Shown here: in pieces, positions 1 to 8,878 of the stretch
How the letters are laid out: each line of letters starts with the position of its first letter
Numbering within the stretch: position 1 is the first letter of the stretch
NCBI GenBank assembly: GCA_963751195.1
Contig: CAVVTQ010000002.1
Span: forward strand, 74,423 to 138,422
Length of the DNA: 64,000 nucleotides
From: an uncultured Solirubrobacterales bacterium
GTDB taxonomy: Bacteria; Actinomycetota; Thermoleophilia; Solirubrobacterales; Solirubrobacteraceae
Direction: 5' to 3'
Translations under genes and position numbers: made by a program
The notes under the pieces: model-generated
Told to the model about the DNA's origin: nothing
Database searches by the model: none
What the model saw: the letters and a program-made list of their open reading frames with translations, nothing else

Positions 1-857
1 TGGGGACGCTACCGATCCAGCTGTTCGGCTCCGATGAGCTCAAGGAGCGCTTCCTGCCGAAGTGCGCGAGCGGCGAGTGGTCACCGGCATTTGCGCTCTC
101 GGAGCCCGAGGCCGGCTCGGACCCCGCGGGGATGAAAACCACGGCGGTGAAAGACGGCGATGAGTGGGTCATCAACGGCACCAAGAACTGGATCTCCAAC
201 CTCGGGGTGGCCGACTTCTACATCTGCTTCGCGGTCACCGACCGCGAGAGCCGGCGGATCACGGCGTTCGTGGTCGAGGCCGATCGTCCTGGGTTCAGCG
301 TTGGCAAGCTCGAGCACAAGTTGGGGATCCGAGCCTCGCCGACGGGGCAGCCGATCTTCGAGGATGTACGAGTGCCGCAGGAGAACGTGATCGGCGAGGT
401 CGGCAGGGGCTTGCGGGTGGCGTTGGGCACGCTCGAGCGCACTCGTCTAGGGGCGGCGGCACAGGCGGTCGGGATCGCTCAGGGGGCGACCGACTACGCG
501 GTCGGCTATGCCCGCGAGCGTGTGCAGTTCGGCCAGCCGATCATTGACCACCAAGCGATCCAGTTCAAGTTGGCCGATATGGAAACACGCACGGCGGCTG
601 CGCGGGAGCTGCTGTACAAGGCCTGTGCGATGGCCGATCGCGGCGAGCCACAACGTGCGAAGTACTCCTCGATGGCAAAGGTGTTCTGCTCGGACACCGC
701 GATGGCCGTGACGGTCGAGGCGGTGCAGGTGCTGGGGGGGTACGGTTACGTGAAGGAGTATCCGGTGGAGCGCATGATGCGGGACGCAAAGATCACTCAG
801 ATCTACGAGGGCACTAACGAGATCCAGCGGCTCGTCATTGCCCGTACGCTCAAGTAG
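1..857 (+). CDS. acyl-CoA dehydrogenase (5' truncated by window edge)
   Basis: Frame is open from the window edge (GTLPIQLFG...FALSEPEAGSD). Contains NGTKNWI, GGYGY and IYEGTNEIQR motifs. Confidence 0.95.
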   Translation, partial: GTLPIQLFGSDELKERFLPKCASGEWSPAFALSEPEAGSDPAGMKTTAVKDGDEWVINGTKNWISNLGVADFYICFAVTDRESRRITAFVVEADRPGFSVGKLEHKLGIRASPTGQPIFEDVRVPQENVIGEVGRGLRVALGTLERTRLGAAAQAVGIAQGATDYAVGYARERVQFGQPIIDHQAIQFKLADMETRTAAARELLYKACAMADRGEPQRAKYSSMAKVFCSDTAMAVTVEAVQVLGGYGYVKEYPVERMMRDAKITQIYEGTNEIQRLVIARTLK

Positions 858-917
858 GGGTGGACGGGGCGGGGCGGGGAGGGTCGGGCGGGCTCAAATA
901 AGGCTCAAATAATTACG

Positions 918-1580
918 ATGCGAGCACCCAAGCCTCCCGGAGCAGACGGCCAGCTGAGGAAGATCGGACTAGCGGCGCTGATCGCGCTGTCGCTTGGCTT
1001 GGTGGTGATCGTGGTGAGCGAGGGCTTCAGCACCGTCGGTGCGGTGCGGGTGGTGGAGGACCTGATCCTGGGGATAGTCGCCGTCGCGCTGCTGACGACG
1101 GCGATCGCTTTCGTGGCGGTGCGCATGGCCGGCTGGCACGACCCGGAGTCCGAGGAGGAGTTCGAAAAGATCGTGCGCCGCGCGGAGGACCTCGGCCGCG
1201 AAGGGTTGGCGGCGGACCCCGATGAAGCGGAGTTCATGGCGCTCGACCCGCTCAACGACGAGGACTTCGAAGAGCTGGTGCGCGACGCGCTCGACGAGCT
1301 GCCCGACCTGCTGCGCAACGCGCTGCGCCACGTGGCGGTAGTGATCTCCGACAAGGGCCGTACGGCGGGCGCGTACGGTCTCTACCAGGGGGATCAGATG
1401 CGCGACCGCGTGTTCGGCGCGCCCGCCCACGATCGCATCGTGATCTTCAGGGACACGCTGCGGCGCGACTTCGGCCACGACCCCGAGCTGCTGCGCGAGC
1501 AGGTCGTGAGAACCGTGCGCCACGAGCTCGCCCATCACGTGGGCTTCGACGAGCTGGGAGTATCGAGGTTGGACCTGTAA
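918..1580 (+). CDS. membrane-anchored minimal zincin (Zincin_1-like) metallopeptidase
   Basis: Two N-terminal hydrophobic segments; YGLYQG, DRIVIFR and the HELAHH zinc motif. Confidence 0.8.
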   Translation: MRAPKPPGADGQLRKIGLAALIALSLGLVVIVVSEGFSTVGAVRVVEDLILGIVAVALLTTAIAFVAVRMAGWHDPESEEEFEKIVRRAEDLGREGLAADPDEAEFMALDPLNDEDFEELVRDALDELPDLLRNALRHVAVVISDKGRTAGAYGLYQGDQMRDRVFGAPAHDRIVIFRDTLRRDFGHDPELLREQVVRTVRHELAHHVGFDELGVSRLDL

Positions 1581-1715
1581 CCAGAGCGCCCGCGAACGCC
1601 AGATCGACGCTGTGTCATAAGATGCCCCCGGGGAAGAGGATTGGCGCCCACCCGTGGCCCGGCCAGTGGTGGCATCGCAGGACCGCCGCACCAAAACGAC
1701 CAAGGAGAGCTTCGC

Positions 1716-2909
1716 ATGCCTGACGCCGTAATCGTTGACGCCATACGCACGCCGATCGGGCGGGCCGTGAAGGGATCGCTCAAATCGGTGCGCGCCGACG
1801 ACCTGGCGTCGATCCCGTTGAAGGCGATCCTGGAGCGCAACCCGCAGCTGGAGTCGAGCTCGATCGTGGACGTGATGATGGGCTGCGGCTTCGCCGAGGG
1901 CGAGTCGGGCTACAACATCGGTCGCAACGCGTCGCTGCTGGCGGGCATCGACTTCCACGTACCCGGTACCACGGTCAACCGCTTCTGCGCCTCCTCGCTG
2001 CAGACCACGAGGATGGCGTTCCACGCGATCAAGGCTGGCGAGGGTGACACGTACATCGCCTGCGGCGTGGAGGCGGTCTCGCGCGCCACGCAGGGGGGGG
2101 AGTTCGAATTCCACCCGAAGCTGGACGGCTCGGAGGGCTCGCTGTACAACGTCTACATCCCGATGGGCCTCACCGCGGAGAACGTGGCGGAGGAAAAGAA
2201 AGTCAGCCGTGAGGCGCAGGACGAGTGGGCCGTGATCTCCCAGAACCGCGCGGTGGCGGCGCAGGAGTCGGGCCACTATGACGTGGAAATCGTCCCGGTG
2301 ACGGCGCCGGCGCACAAAGACACCGATCGCGAAGGCAACGAGATCGAGATCCCCGAGCAGGTGGTCACCAAGGACGACGGCCCGCGCCCCGGCACGACGC
2401 TCGAGAAGCTGGCGTCGCTGAAGCCGGCGTTCAAGCCGGACGGCACCGTGACGGCGGGCAACGCCTGCCCGCTCAACGACGGCGCTGCTGCCCTGCTGGT
2501 CACCTCCGAGGAGCGCGCACAGGAGCTGGGGTGCAAGCCGAAGGTGAAGATCCTCGCTTCCACAGTGGTGGCGATCCGCCCCGAGGTGATGGGCCTTGGC
2601 CCGATCCCCGCAATCCAACAGCTCCTGAAGAACACGGGCATGTCGATGAGCGACATCGACGTGGTGGAGATCAACGAGGCGTTCGCCGCGCAGATCGTCC
2701 CCTGCAAAGAGGAGCTCGGCATCGATGACGAGAAGCTCAACCCCTTCGGCGGGGCGATCGCCCTCGGCCACCCCTTCGGCATGACCGGCGCGCGAATCAT
2801 GACCACGCTGATCAACGACCTACAGACGCTCGACGGCACCTACGGGATCGAGTCGATGTGTGTCGCCGGCGGGATGGGCATGGCGATGTTGGTGGAGCGC
2901 CTCAGCTGA
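1716..2909 (+). CDS. acetyl-CoA C-acyltransferase (thiolase)
   Basis: RTPIGR, NRFCASS (catalytic Cys), NEAFA, GHPFG and CVAGGMG motifs; GGAG RBS before ATG 1716. Confidence 0.95.
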   Translation: MPDAVIVDAIRTPIGRAVKGSLKSVRADDLASIPLKAILERNPQLESSSIVDVMMGCGFAEGESGYNIGRNASLLAGIDFHVPGTTVNRFCASSLQTTRMAFHAIKAGEGDTYIACGVEAVSRATQGGEFEFHPKLDGSEGSLYNVYIPMGLTAENVAEEKKVSREAQDEWAVISQNRAVAAQESGHYDVEIVPVTAPAHKDTDREGNEIEIPEQVVTKDDGPRPGTTLEKLASLKPAFKPDGTVTAGNACPLNDGAAALLVTSEERAQELGCKPKVKILASTVVAIRPEVMGLGPIPAIQQLLKNTGMSMSDIDVVEINEAFAAQIVPCKEELGIDDEKLNPFGGAIALGHPFGMTGARIMTTLINDLQTLDGTYGIESMCVAGGMGMAMLVERLS

Positions 2910-3029
2910 GTCTCCTGTTGTGGGGGGCCGATGGGGGGGAGAGAGAGAGAGAGCCTGCTCCCCCCATGCTGAGTGTTGTGCGTCGCCGGCGGATGGGCAT
3001 GGCAATGCTGGTGGAGCGGCTGAGCTGAG
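2857..3029. repeat. diverged direct duplication of the thiolase 3' end around a G-run/C-run hairpin
   Basis: 2857-2910 versus 2977-3029, with ATGGGGGGGAG...CTCCCCCCAT between the copies. Confidence 0.9.
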
Positions 3030-3077
3030 AGCGATGCCCGGCTCGCGCGCCGTGCTGTGGCGGGGCGCGCGAGTTGA

Positions 3078-3842
3078 TCAGCGGGGCGGCATCCGCAGCG
3101 CGCCGTCGAGGCGGATGACCTCGCCGTTGAGCATCACGTTCTCGACGATGTGGCAGGCGAGATGAGCGTACTCTGCGGGCTGGCCGAGGCGTTGCGGGTA
3201 GGGGATGCCGGCGCCGAGCTTCTGGCGGGCTTCCTCGGGCAGCGCGGCGAGCAGCGGCGTGTCGAACAGGCCGGGGGCGATCGTGCAGACGCGGATGCCG
3301 TATTGGGCGAGGTCGCGGGCGGCGGGGAGCGTCATGCCGACGATGCCGCCCTTGGATGCCGAGTAGGCGATCTGCCCGACCTGGCCGTCGTAGGCGGCGA
3401 TCGAGGCGGTGTTGACACACACGCCGCGCTCGCCGTCGTCCCCGAGCGGCTCGTTGGAGATCATCGCCGCGGCGGCGAGACGCAGCACGTTGAAGGTGCC
3501 GATCAGATTGATCTGGACGATCGTCTCGAAGGGCATCAGGGGGTGGGGGCCCTTGGAGCCCGCGACCTTCTGCGCCCAGCCGGTGCCGGCGCAGCAGACG
3601 GCGATACGCAACCCGCCCTCCACGGCGGCTGCGCGCTCCACGGCGGCCTGTACCTGCGCCTCCTCGCGCACGTCGCAGGCGACGAACTCCAAGCCCAGCT
3701 CGGAGGCAAGCGCCTCGCCCTTCTCGGAGTTGACGTCCCCGACGGTCACGACGGCGCCGGCGGCGTGCAGGCGGCGCACCGTGGCCTCGCCGAGCCCGGA
3801 GGCTCCGCCGACCACGATTGCTGAACTGCCCTCGATCCGCAT
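3078..3842 (-). CDS. SDR-family 3-hydroxyacyl-CoA dehydrogenase (type II, HSD17B10-like)
   Basis: [26 protein letters not shown] and [13 protein letters not shown] motifs. Confidence 0.93.
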   Translation of the reverse strand: MRIEGSSAIVVGGASGLGEATVRRLHAAGAVVTVGDVNSEKGEALASELGLEFVACDVREEAQVQAAVERAAAVEGGLRIAVCCAGTGWAQKVAGSKGPHPLMPFETIVQINLIGTFNVLRLAAAAMISNEPLGDDGERGVCVNTASIAAYDGQVGQIAYSASKGGIVGMTLPAARDLAQYGIRVCTIAPGLFDTPLLAALPEEARQKLGAGIPYPQRLGQPAEYAHLACHIVENVMLNGEVIRLDGALRMPPR

Positions 3843-3902
3843 GTGCGGCGGAGCCTATATCACCTCGTCATCCCCGACCTCACCGGTCGATGACCCTCGA
3901 TG

Positions 3903-3990
3903 TGGGGGGGGTGTGGTGTATATGTAACTTTTTAAAGGCCGTGCGCAATTGCTATCGGGCTTTTAATTCTTTATAACAACACTCCGAGCC
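3903..3990. repeat. AT-rich dispersed palindromic element, family A copy 1
   Basis: Shares GCCGTGCGCRATTGCTATCGGGCT and TTTATAACAAC..CCGAGCC with 20300-20380, and TTTTTAAAG..CGTGCGCAATTGC with 61905-61990. Confidence 0.8.
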
Positions 3991-4097
3991 TCGGGCCAGC
4001 GGATCATGTGGGTGCTGGCGCGCCCCCCACCGCCAGAGGCCCTCACGATATATACTATCGCTATCTTTTCGTTCGCGTGCCAACCACGACTTGGCCC

Positions 4098-5381
4098 TCA
4101 CTGGCTGGGCCGCGACAGCGTCAGCGCGAAGAGATCCTCCGGATCGGTCAACCATCGCACCAGCTGCAAACCGGCCGCGTCGAGATCCCCCTCCAGGCGT
4201 GGGCGGGTGAACTTGGCGCTGATCTCGGTGCGCATCTCCTCGCCGGCGTCGAAGTGCACGTCGAGCTCGAGGGCACTCACGGTGACCGTGTGTTCGCGCC
4301 GCGCGCGCAGGCGCATCTCGACCCACTCGTGGCGGTCGTCGAAGAGCGCCACGTGGTCGAAGTCGCCGGGGTCGAAGTCGGCGTCGAGCTCGCGGTTCAA
4401 GACATGCAGGACGTTGCGGTTGAACTCGGCGGTGACCCCCTGCTGGTCGTCGTAGGCGTCCCTGAGCACACCCGCGTCCTTGACGAGGTCGGTGCCCATC
4501 AGCAGGTGGTCGCGCGGTCCCAGCAGCCCAGCGATCTGGCGCAGGAAGCGGCGGCGGCTGCCCGGGGGGAAGTTGCCGATGGTGCCGCCGAGGAACACCA
4601 CCAAGCGGGGGCCGTCGGCGGGAGGCACGCGATCGAGATGGCGCTCAAAGTCGCCGATCACCCCGTGCACGCGCAGGCCGGGATACTCCAGCGTCAGCTC
4701 ATCGGCGCAGTCGCGCACCATGCTCTCGGTGACGTCCACCGGCACGTAGCGTTCGAGCGTGCCGGCGCGGTGCAGGGCGTCGAGCAGCACGCGCGTCTTG
4801 GCGGCGGTGCCCGAGCCCAGCTCGACCAGCTCGACGGCGCCGGTCAGCATGGCGATCTCCGCGGCGGTGGCGTCGAGGATCCCACGCTCGGTACGGGTCG
4901 GGTAGTACTCGGGCAGCTCGCAGATTTGGTCGAACAGCTCGGCGCCGCGGGCGTCGTAGAAATGCTTGGGGGGCAGTTCCTTGAAGGGCCGGGTCAGCCC
5001 GTCGAGCACGTCCTCGGCGAGCGTACGCTGCTCGGGCCCACCGAGGTGGGAGTCGATTTGGATGGCGCCGCCGGCGGAGTCCCTGGTTGCCGGGGCTCCG
5101 TTTGCTTGGCCTCGATCGGTTAGGTCTCCGTTCATCGGGCCTCCATTGGCTAGGTCTCCGTTCACTGACCCTCCAGTTGTCGGCCTTCCGTTGGCTGGGC
5201 CTCCATTCCCCAAGCCTCTGCTCACCGAGTTTCCATTTGTTTGGTCCCCGTTCACTGACCCTCCAGTTGTCGGCCTTCCGTTGGCTGGGCCTCCATTCGC
5301 CAAGCCTCTGCTCACCGAGCTTCCGTTTGTTTGGCCTCCGTCGGTACTCGTGGTGCCGGTGGACTCCCGCGCGAGACCCAT
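4098..5381 (-). CDS. egtD: L-histidine N-alpha-methyltransferase EgtD with a repetitive N-terminal extension
   Basis: KELPPKHFYDARG, LPEYYPTRTE, ELGSG, GGTIGNF and TEISAKF motifs; the ATG overlaps the egtB stop (TGATG). Confidence 0.93.
   Translation of the reverse strand: MGLARESTGTTSTDGGQTNGSSVSRGLANGGPANGRPTTGGSVNGDQTNGNSVSRGLGNGGPANGRPTTGGSVNGDLANGGPMNGDLTDRGQANGAPATRDSAGGAIQIDSHLGGPEQRTLAEDVLDGLTRPFKELPPKHFYDARGAELFDQICELPEYYPTRTERGILDATAAEIAMLTGAVELVELGSGTAAKTRVLLDALHRAGTLERYVPVDVTESMVRDCADELTLEYPGLRVHGVIGDFERHLDRVPPADGPRLVVFLGGTIGNFPPGSRRRFLRQIAGLLGPRDHLLMGTDLVKDAGVLRDAYDDQQGVTAEFNRNVLHVLNRELDADFDPGDFDHVALFDDRHEWVEMRLRARREHTVTVSALELDVHFDAGEEMRTEISAKFTRPRLEGDLDAAGLQLVRWLTDPEDLFALTLSRPSQ
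5100..5340. repeat. in-frame ~90-bp tandem repeat in the egtD 5' region
   Basis: QTNGxSVSRGLxNGGPANGRPTTGGSVNGD occurs twice, followed by a partial copy. Confidence 0.9.
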
Positions 5382-6631
5382 CACGTCACATCCCTCGCCA
5401 GCCGCACGCCCGCGAAGATCTGGCGTCGCAGTGGATAGTCCCAGTTGCGGAAGGTGGGGCTGGCCACGCGCGGGTGAGTGGCCCACGAGCCGCCGCGCAA
5501 GACGAGGTAGTCCTCGCCGAAGAACACCTCGGAGTACTCGCGGTAGGGGTGGGCCACGAAGCCGGGGTAGCCGCCGAAGTGGCTGGTGGTCCACTCCCAC
5601 ACCTGCCCGACCCCCTCCAGTGTGCCGTAGGCGCCGTCAGCGGTAGGGGCAAAATCTTTTACATGTGCATCCTTCCCCGCCTCGGCCAGCCCGCTTGCGG
5701 CTTTCAGCGTCGGATCGGCCGCGCCTCCGACACGTCCCGGCTGCTCCGAGGTCGCCGCCCGCTCCCACTCCGCCTCCGTGGGGAGCCGCGCATCGTGCGC
5801 GCGGGCGAAGGCGTCGGCCTCGAACCAGCTGACGTGGCAGACGGGCGCCTGCGCGTGGCCGGCTGCCACGGAGGGATGGTGGGTGATGTCGTACTCCTCC
5901 TTCCACGACCAGCCCTCGTCCGACCACCACTCGCGCCGCTCGTAGCCGCCGCCCTCGCTGAAGTGCAGCCAGCTGGCATTGGTGACCGGGCGCCGCGCGA
6001 TCGCGAAGGCGTCGGTGCGCGCGAGGTGGCGGGGGCGCTCGTTGTCGTAGGCGAAGCCCTCGGCGCCGACGGAAGGGGCACCCATCAAGAAGGCTCCCGC
6101 GGGGAATGCCAGCCAGCTCTCTTCGCCGGCGAGCGGCACCAGCGACGGCTCGCCCGGCGGCAGCAGCCCGGCTAACGCGAGCGTCTGGCGCATCGTCTCG
6201 GAGTGCTGCAGCTCGTGGCGCACCACCAGCTCGGTGAGCACACCGTCGCCGACGCCTCGATCGGCCAGCCCGAGTGCGACGCGCTCGCGCACCGCCTCCA
6301 GGTAGGCACGCGCTTCGGTCGAGTCGAGCAGCTGCGCTTCGCCCCGCTGCGAGCGGGGCGTCTCGAAGGCGTCGTAGCGCTCGGCGAGGTCGGGCCGCAG
6401 CAGCTCCATTCCGGCGTGACGGTGGGCCAGCCACAGGTCCTCGTAAGCGGCGATGTGCGCGAGGTCCCACACGAGCGGACTCATGATCGGCGAGTGCGTG
6501 CGCTCGAGGTCACGGTCGTCGAGGTGTGCCACCAGTTGCAGCGTGCAGCGGCGGGCCTCGTCCAGAGCCGCGAGCGTCTCGGCGAGTGGGGCAGGGGGTA
6601 CGGCGGTGGATTGGGAAACGGTGCGGGCCAT
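5381..6631 (-). CDS. egtB: ergothioneine sulfoxide synthase EgtB (DinB + FGE-like domains); alternative start 6652
   Basis: MSPLVWDLAH, HELQH iron ligands, RLPTEAEWE, VWEWT and FRNWDYPLRRQIFAG; coupled to egtD. Confidence 0.92.
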   Translation of the reverse strand: MARTVSQSTAVPPAPLAETLAALDEARRCTLQLVAHLDDRDLERTHSPIMSPLVWDLAHIAAYEDLWLAHRHAGMELLRPDLAERYDAFETPRSQRGEAQLLDSTEARAYLEAVRERVALGLADRGVGDGVLTELVVRHELQHSETMRQTLALAGLLPPGEPSLVPLAGEESWLAFPAGAFLMGAPSVGAEGFAYDNERPRHLARTDAFAIARRPVTNASWLHFSEGGGYERREWWSDEGWSWKEEYDITHHPSVAAGHAQAPVCHVSWFEADAFARAHDARLPTEAEWERAATSEQPGRVGGAADPTLKAASGLAEAGKDAHVKDFAPTADGAYGTLEGVGQVWEWTTSHFGGYPGFVAHPYREYSEVFFGEDYLVLRGGSWATHPRVASPTFRNWDYPLRRQIFAGVRLARDVT

Positions 6632-6740
6632 AAGCTGCGGGCGCGTACTCAAGGTAGGACCTTAGCGCGCTCGGGTGGCGGGCACGTCTCCCCCGTTATC
6701 TCGGAACTGTCAGAAGGATCGAGCTTCGAGCAGGTCATGC

Positions 6741-6810
6741 TCCGATGCCGATGCCGATGCCGATGCCTATGTAGATGCGGATGCCGATGTAGATGTAGAT
6801 GTAGATGCCG
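6741..6810. repeat. hexanucleotide microsatellite (CCGATG / TAGATG)
   Basis: Seen directly. Confidence 0.9.
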
Positions 6811-6861
6811 GTGGCGATGCGGGCGCTGTCGCGATCGCCCCGAAGGGCTCGACGAGAGGGG

Positions 6862-7599
6862 TCATCCGTGGCGCACACTTGCCGCCGCGGCGGCGTCGGC
6901 CACCACGTGCAGGCGCTCGGACACGAGCAGACTGGCGGGTACACGGGGATCAGGACCCCGCCCACCCCCGGCCAGTGCGGCCGCCAGCGCGTCGGCCTTG
7001 CCCGCGCCGGCGACCAATAGCAGCGTGTAGCGGGCAGCGCGCAGCACCGGGAGGCTGAGCGTGACTCGCTCCGGCGGGGGCTTGGGCGAGTTGCGCACCG
7101 GCAGGCAGAGTGCGCCGCTGGAGTCCTCCACCTCGGGGTGGCCGGGAAAGAGCGAGGCGGTGTGCCCATCCTCGCCGATGCCTACCAGCGACACGTCCAG
7201 CGTGGGCAACCCGCCCGGCTCGGCGGGCGCCACCGCCGCGCCCACCTCCTCGCCGTACTCCCGCGCGGCCGCCTCGGGGCCGAGCTCGCCGCGCACACGA
7301 TGCTCGCGTGGGGCGTGGCCGTGGATGTGGGCGAGCAGCGATTCCACCACCAGCCGGTGGGTGCTCTCAGGGTCCTCTGGCCCGACGCAGCGCTCGTCGC
7401 CATACCACAGCTCCACTGCGCTCCAATCCTCGAGCAGCCCGGCGAGTGCCCTGTAGGCGGCCCGTGGGGTGGTGCCACCCGAAAGCGCGAAGTGGGCGAC
7501 CCCGCGGCGATCGAGCGCCTCCCGCAGCGCGCGCGCGATCTCGCCCGCGGCGTACTCTGCGGCGGCCTGTGGATCGGGAAGGGTGGTGAGGCGGCTCAC
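6862..7599 (-). CDS. pgl: 6-phosphogluconolactonase
   Basis: ALSGGTTP, GDERCV, GIGEDGHTASLFP and PKPPPERVTL motifs; GTGA overlap with the opcA stop. Confidence 0.93.
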   Translation of the reverse strand: MSRLTTLPDPQAAAEYAAGEIARALREALDRRGVAHFALSGGTTPRAAYRALAGLLEDWSAVELWYGDERCVGPEDPESTHRLVVESLLAHIHGHAPREHRVRGELGPEAAAREYGEEVGAAVAPAEPGGLPTLDVSLVGIGEDGHTASLFPGHPEVEDSSGALCLPVRNSPKPPPERVTLSLPVLRAARYTLLLVAGAGKADALAAALAGGGRGPDPRVPASLLVSERLHVVADAAAAASVRHG

Positions 7600-8660
7600 G
7601 GCACGATCTCCCCCGCGGCGGCGAGCGCGGGCGTGAAGGTGGGGTCGCGCAGCAGAGCCTGGCGGATCCCCTCGCCGAGGATGCCGGCCTCGCCGCGCGA
7701 TGCACCGAGGATCGTCCATTCTCGCTCGCTCCCTCGGGCGTCGTGCCGGTAGGCGTGCAGTCCGCCGGGCCCGCGGTCGAGGCGCAGGCGCAGGCCGGAG
7801 GCGGTGTCGAGCTCCAACCCCGCGAGCCCGCGCACCTGCTGCTCGGGGGTGGCGAGCAGCCGCAACGCGATGTCCTGGCGGCGCCCGCTGGCCTTGCCCG
7901 TGAGCGCGCCATCGTGCGCTACCAAGGGGTTCAGCCGCCAGCCCAGGCGGGTGGCCAGCCAGCCGATCAGCAGCATCGCGGCGATTGCCGATTCGGGGTG
8001 GTGGCGGATCGTGACGGAGGTGAGTGTGTGCAGCTGGCGGCGCATGTCGGGTGGGTCGAAGGCGGTGGCGAGCCGCTCGCGCCATGGGGTGGTGCGCAGC
8101 CAGGCGAGATCCACCACGTAGGCATCCTGTGAGAGGGAGCGCGCGTGTGCGATTGCCTCGCGTGGCTCGGGCTCGTCGACCGAGTCGAGCAGCACTGCCT
8201 GCACGAGCGGCAGCATCTCGCGCACGACCTCGGGGTGGCCGTGGGGGGACCACAGCAGCGTGAGCAGGTCGCTGACGACCAGCGGGTCGGCGATCGTGAG
8301 CAGGTCGTCGAGGTGGCGTTTGCCGATCTCAACGATCACCGTCTCGCGCAGCAGCGTGAGCTCACCGGGTCGTGGGTCGCCTTCGGAGGCGACGGTGGCG
8401 CGCGCGTCGAGGTGCTCGCGGGAGGGCTCGTAGGAGAGGACGATCAGGCGCGAGGCGTGGTAGCGGCCCACGCCGCGCAGACGGTTGGCGATCTCCCCGC
8501 TCCAGGCGCGGTCGACGAACGCGATCATGTTCAGCGCACGCGCCGGCACGTACCCGCCGTTTTCGGTGTGACGCGCGACCAAAAGCTCGCGTAGCGCGGC
8601 TTCGATCGCGTCGGGGGTGGTGTCCTGGGCGCTCCATACGGCGTCGCTGGTGGCGGGCAT
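7596..8660 (-). CDS. opcA: glucose-6-phosphate dehydrogenase assembly protein OpcA
   Basis: Position between zwf and pgl; HASRLI and DLAWLRTTPWR motifs. Confidence 0.85.
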   Translation of the reverse strand: MPATSDAVWSAQDTTPDAIEAALRELLVARHTENGGYVPARALNMIAFVDRAWSGEIANRLRGVGRYHASRLIVLSYEPSREHLDARATVASEGDPRPGELTLLRETVIVEIGKRHLDDLLTIADPLVVSDLLTLLWSPHGHPEVVREMLPLVQAVLLDSVDEPEPREAIAHARSLSQDAYVVDLAWLRTTPWRERLATAFDPPDMRRQLHTLTSVTIRHHPESAIAAMLLIGWLATRLGWRLNPLVAHDGALTGKASGRRQDIALRLLATPEQQVRGLAGLELDTASGLRLRLDRGPGGLHAYRHDARGSEREWTILGASRGEAGILGEGIRQALLRDPTFTPALAAAGEIVP

Positions 8661-8684
8661 GTTGGCGTCCGCTCAGCGGTTGGG

Positions 8685-8775
8685 GAGGGCCGGAATGTAT
8701 GAATGAAAAAACGCCCTACACCACTTCACAAAATGAAGGGTAGGGGACCAAAAAGATAGATATACCCAACCCCTC
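8685..8775. repeat. AT-rich dispersed element, family B copy 1
   Basis: ACCACTTCACAAAATGAAGGGT at 8720-8741 is identical to 60794-60815. Confidence 0.85.
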
Positions 8776-8878
8776 CCGCGGCTCGAGCGCCGGTGCGCGA
8801 AATGCCAGCTGGACGTCGGACCGCTTGCTGCCAGGATTGGCTCCCGACGAGATCGGCGCTCGCGACCCCAGTCGGCCA

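Noticed and set aside
969-2771. 600-aa minus-strand ORF and similar long antisense ORFs (16096-17922, 37122-38819, 21217-22590, 48562-49962)
   Set aside because: Shadow frames of well-supported genes in high-GC DNA, with no motifs.
6203-7030. Cys/Arg-repeat ORF resembling a metallothionein or RiPP
   Set aside because: Produced by translating the hexamer microsatellite; overlaps egtB and pgl on the opposite strand.
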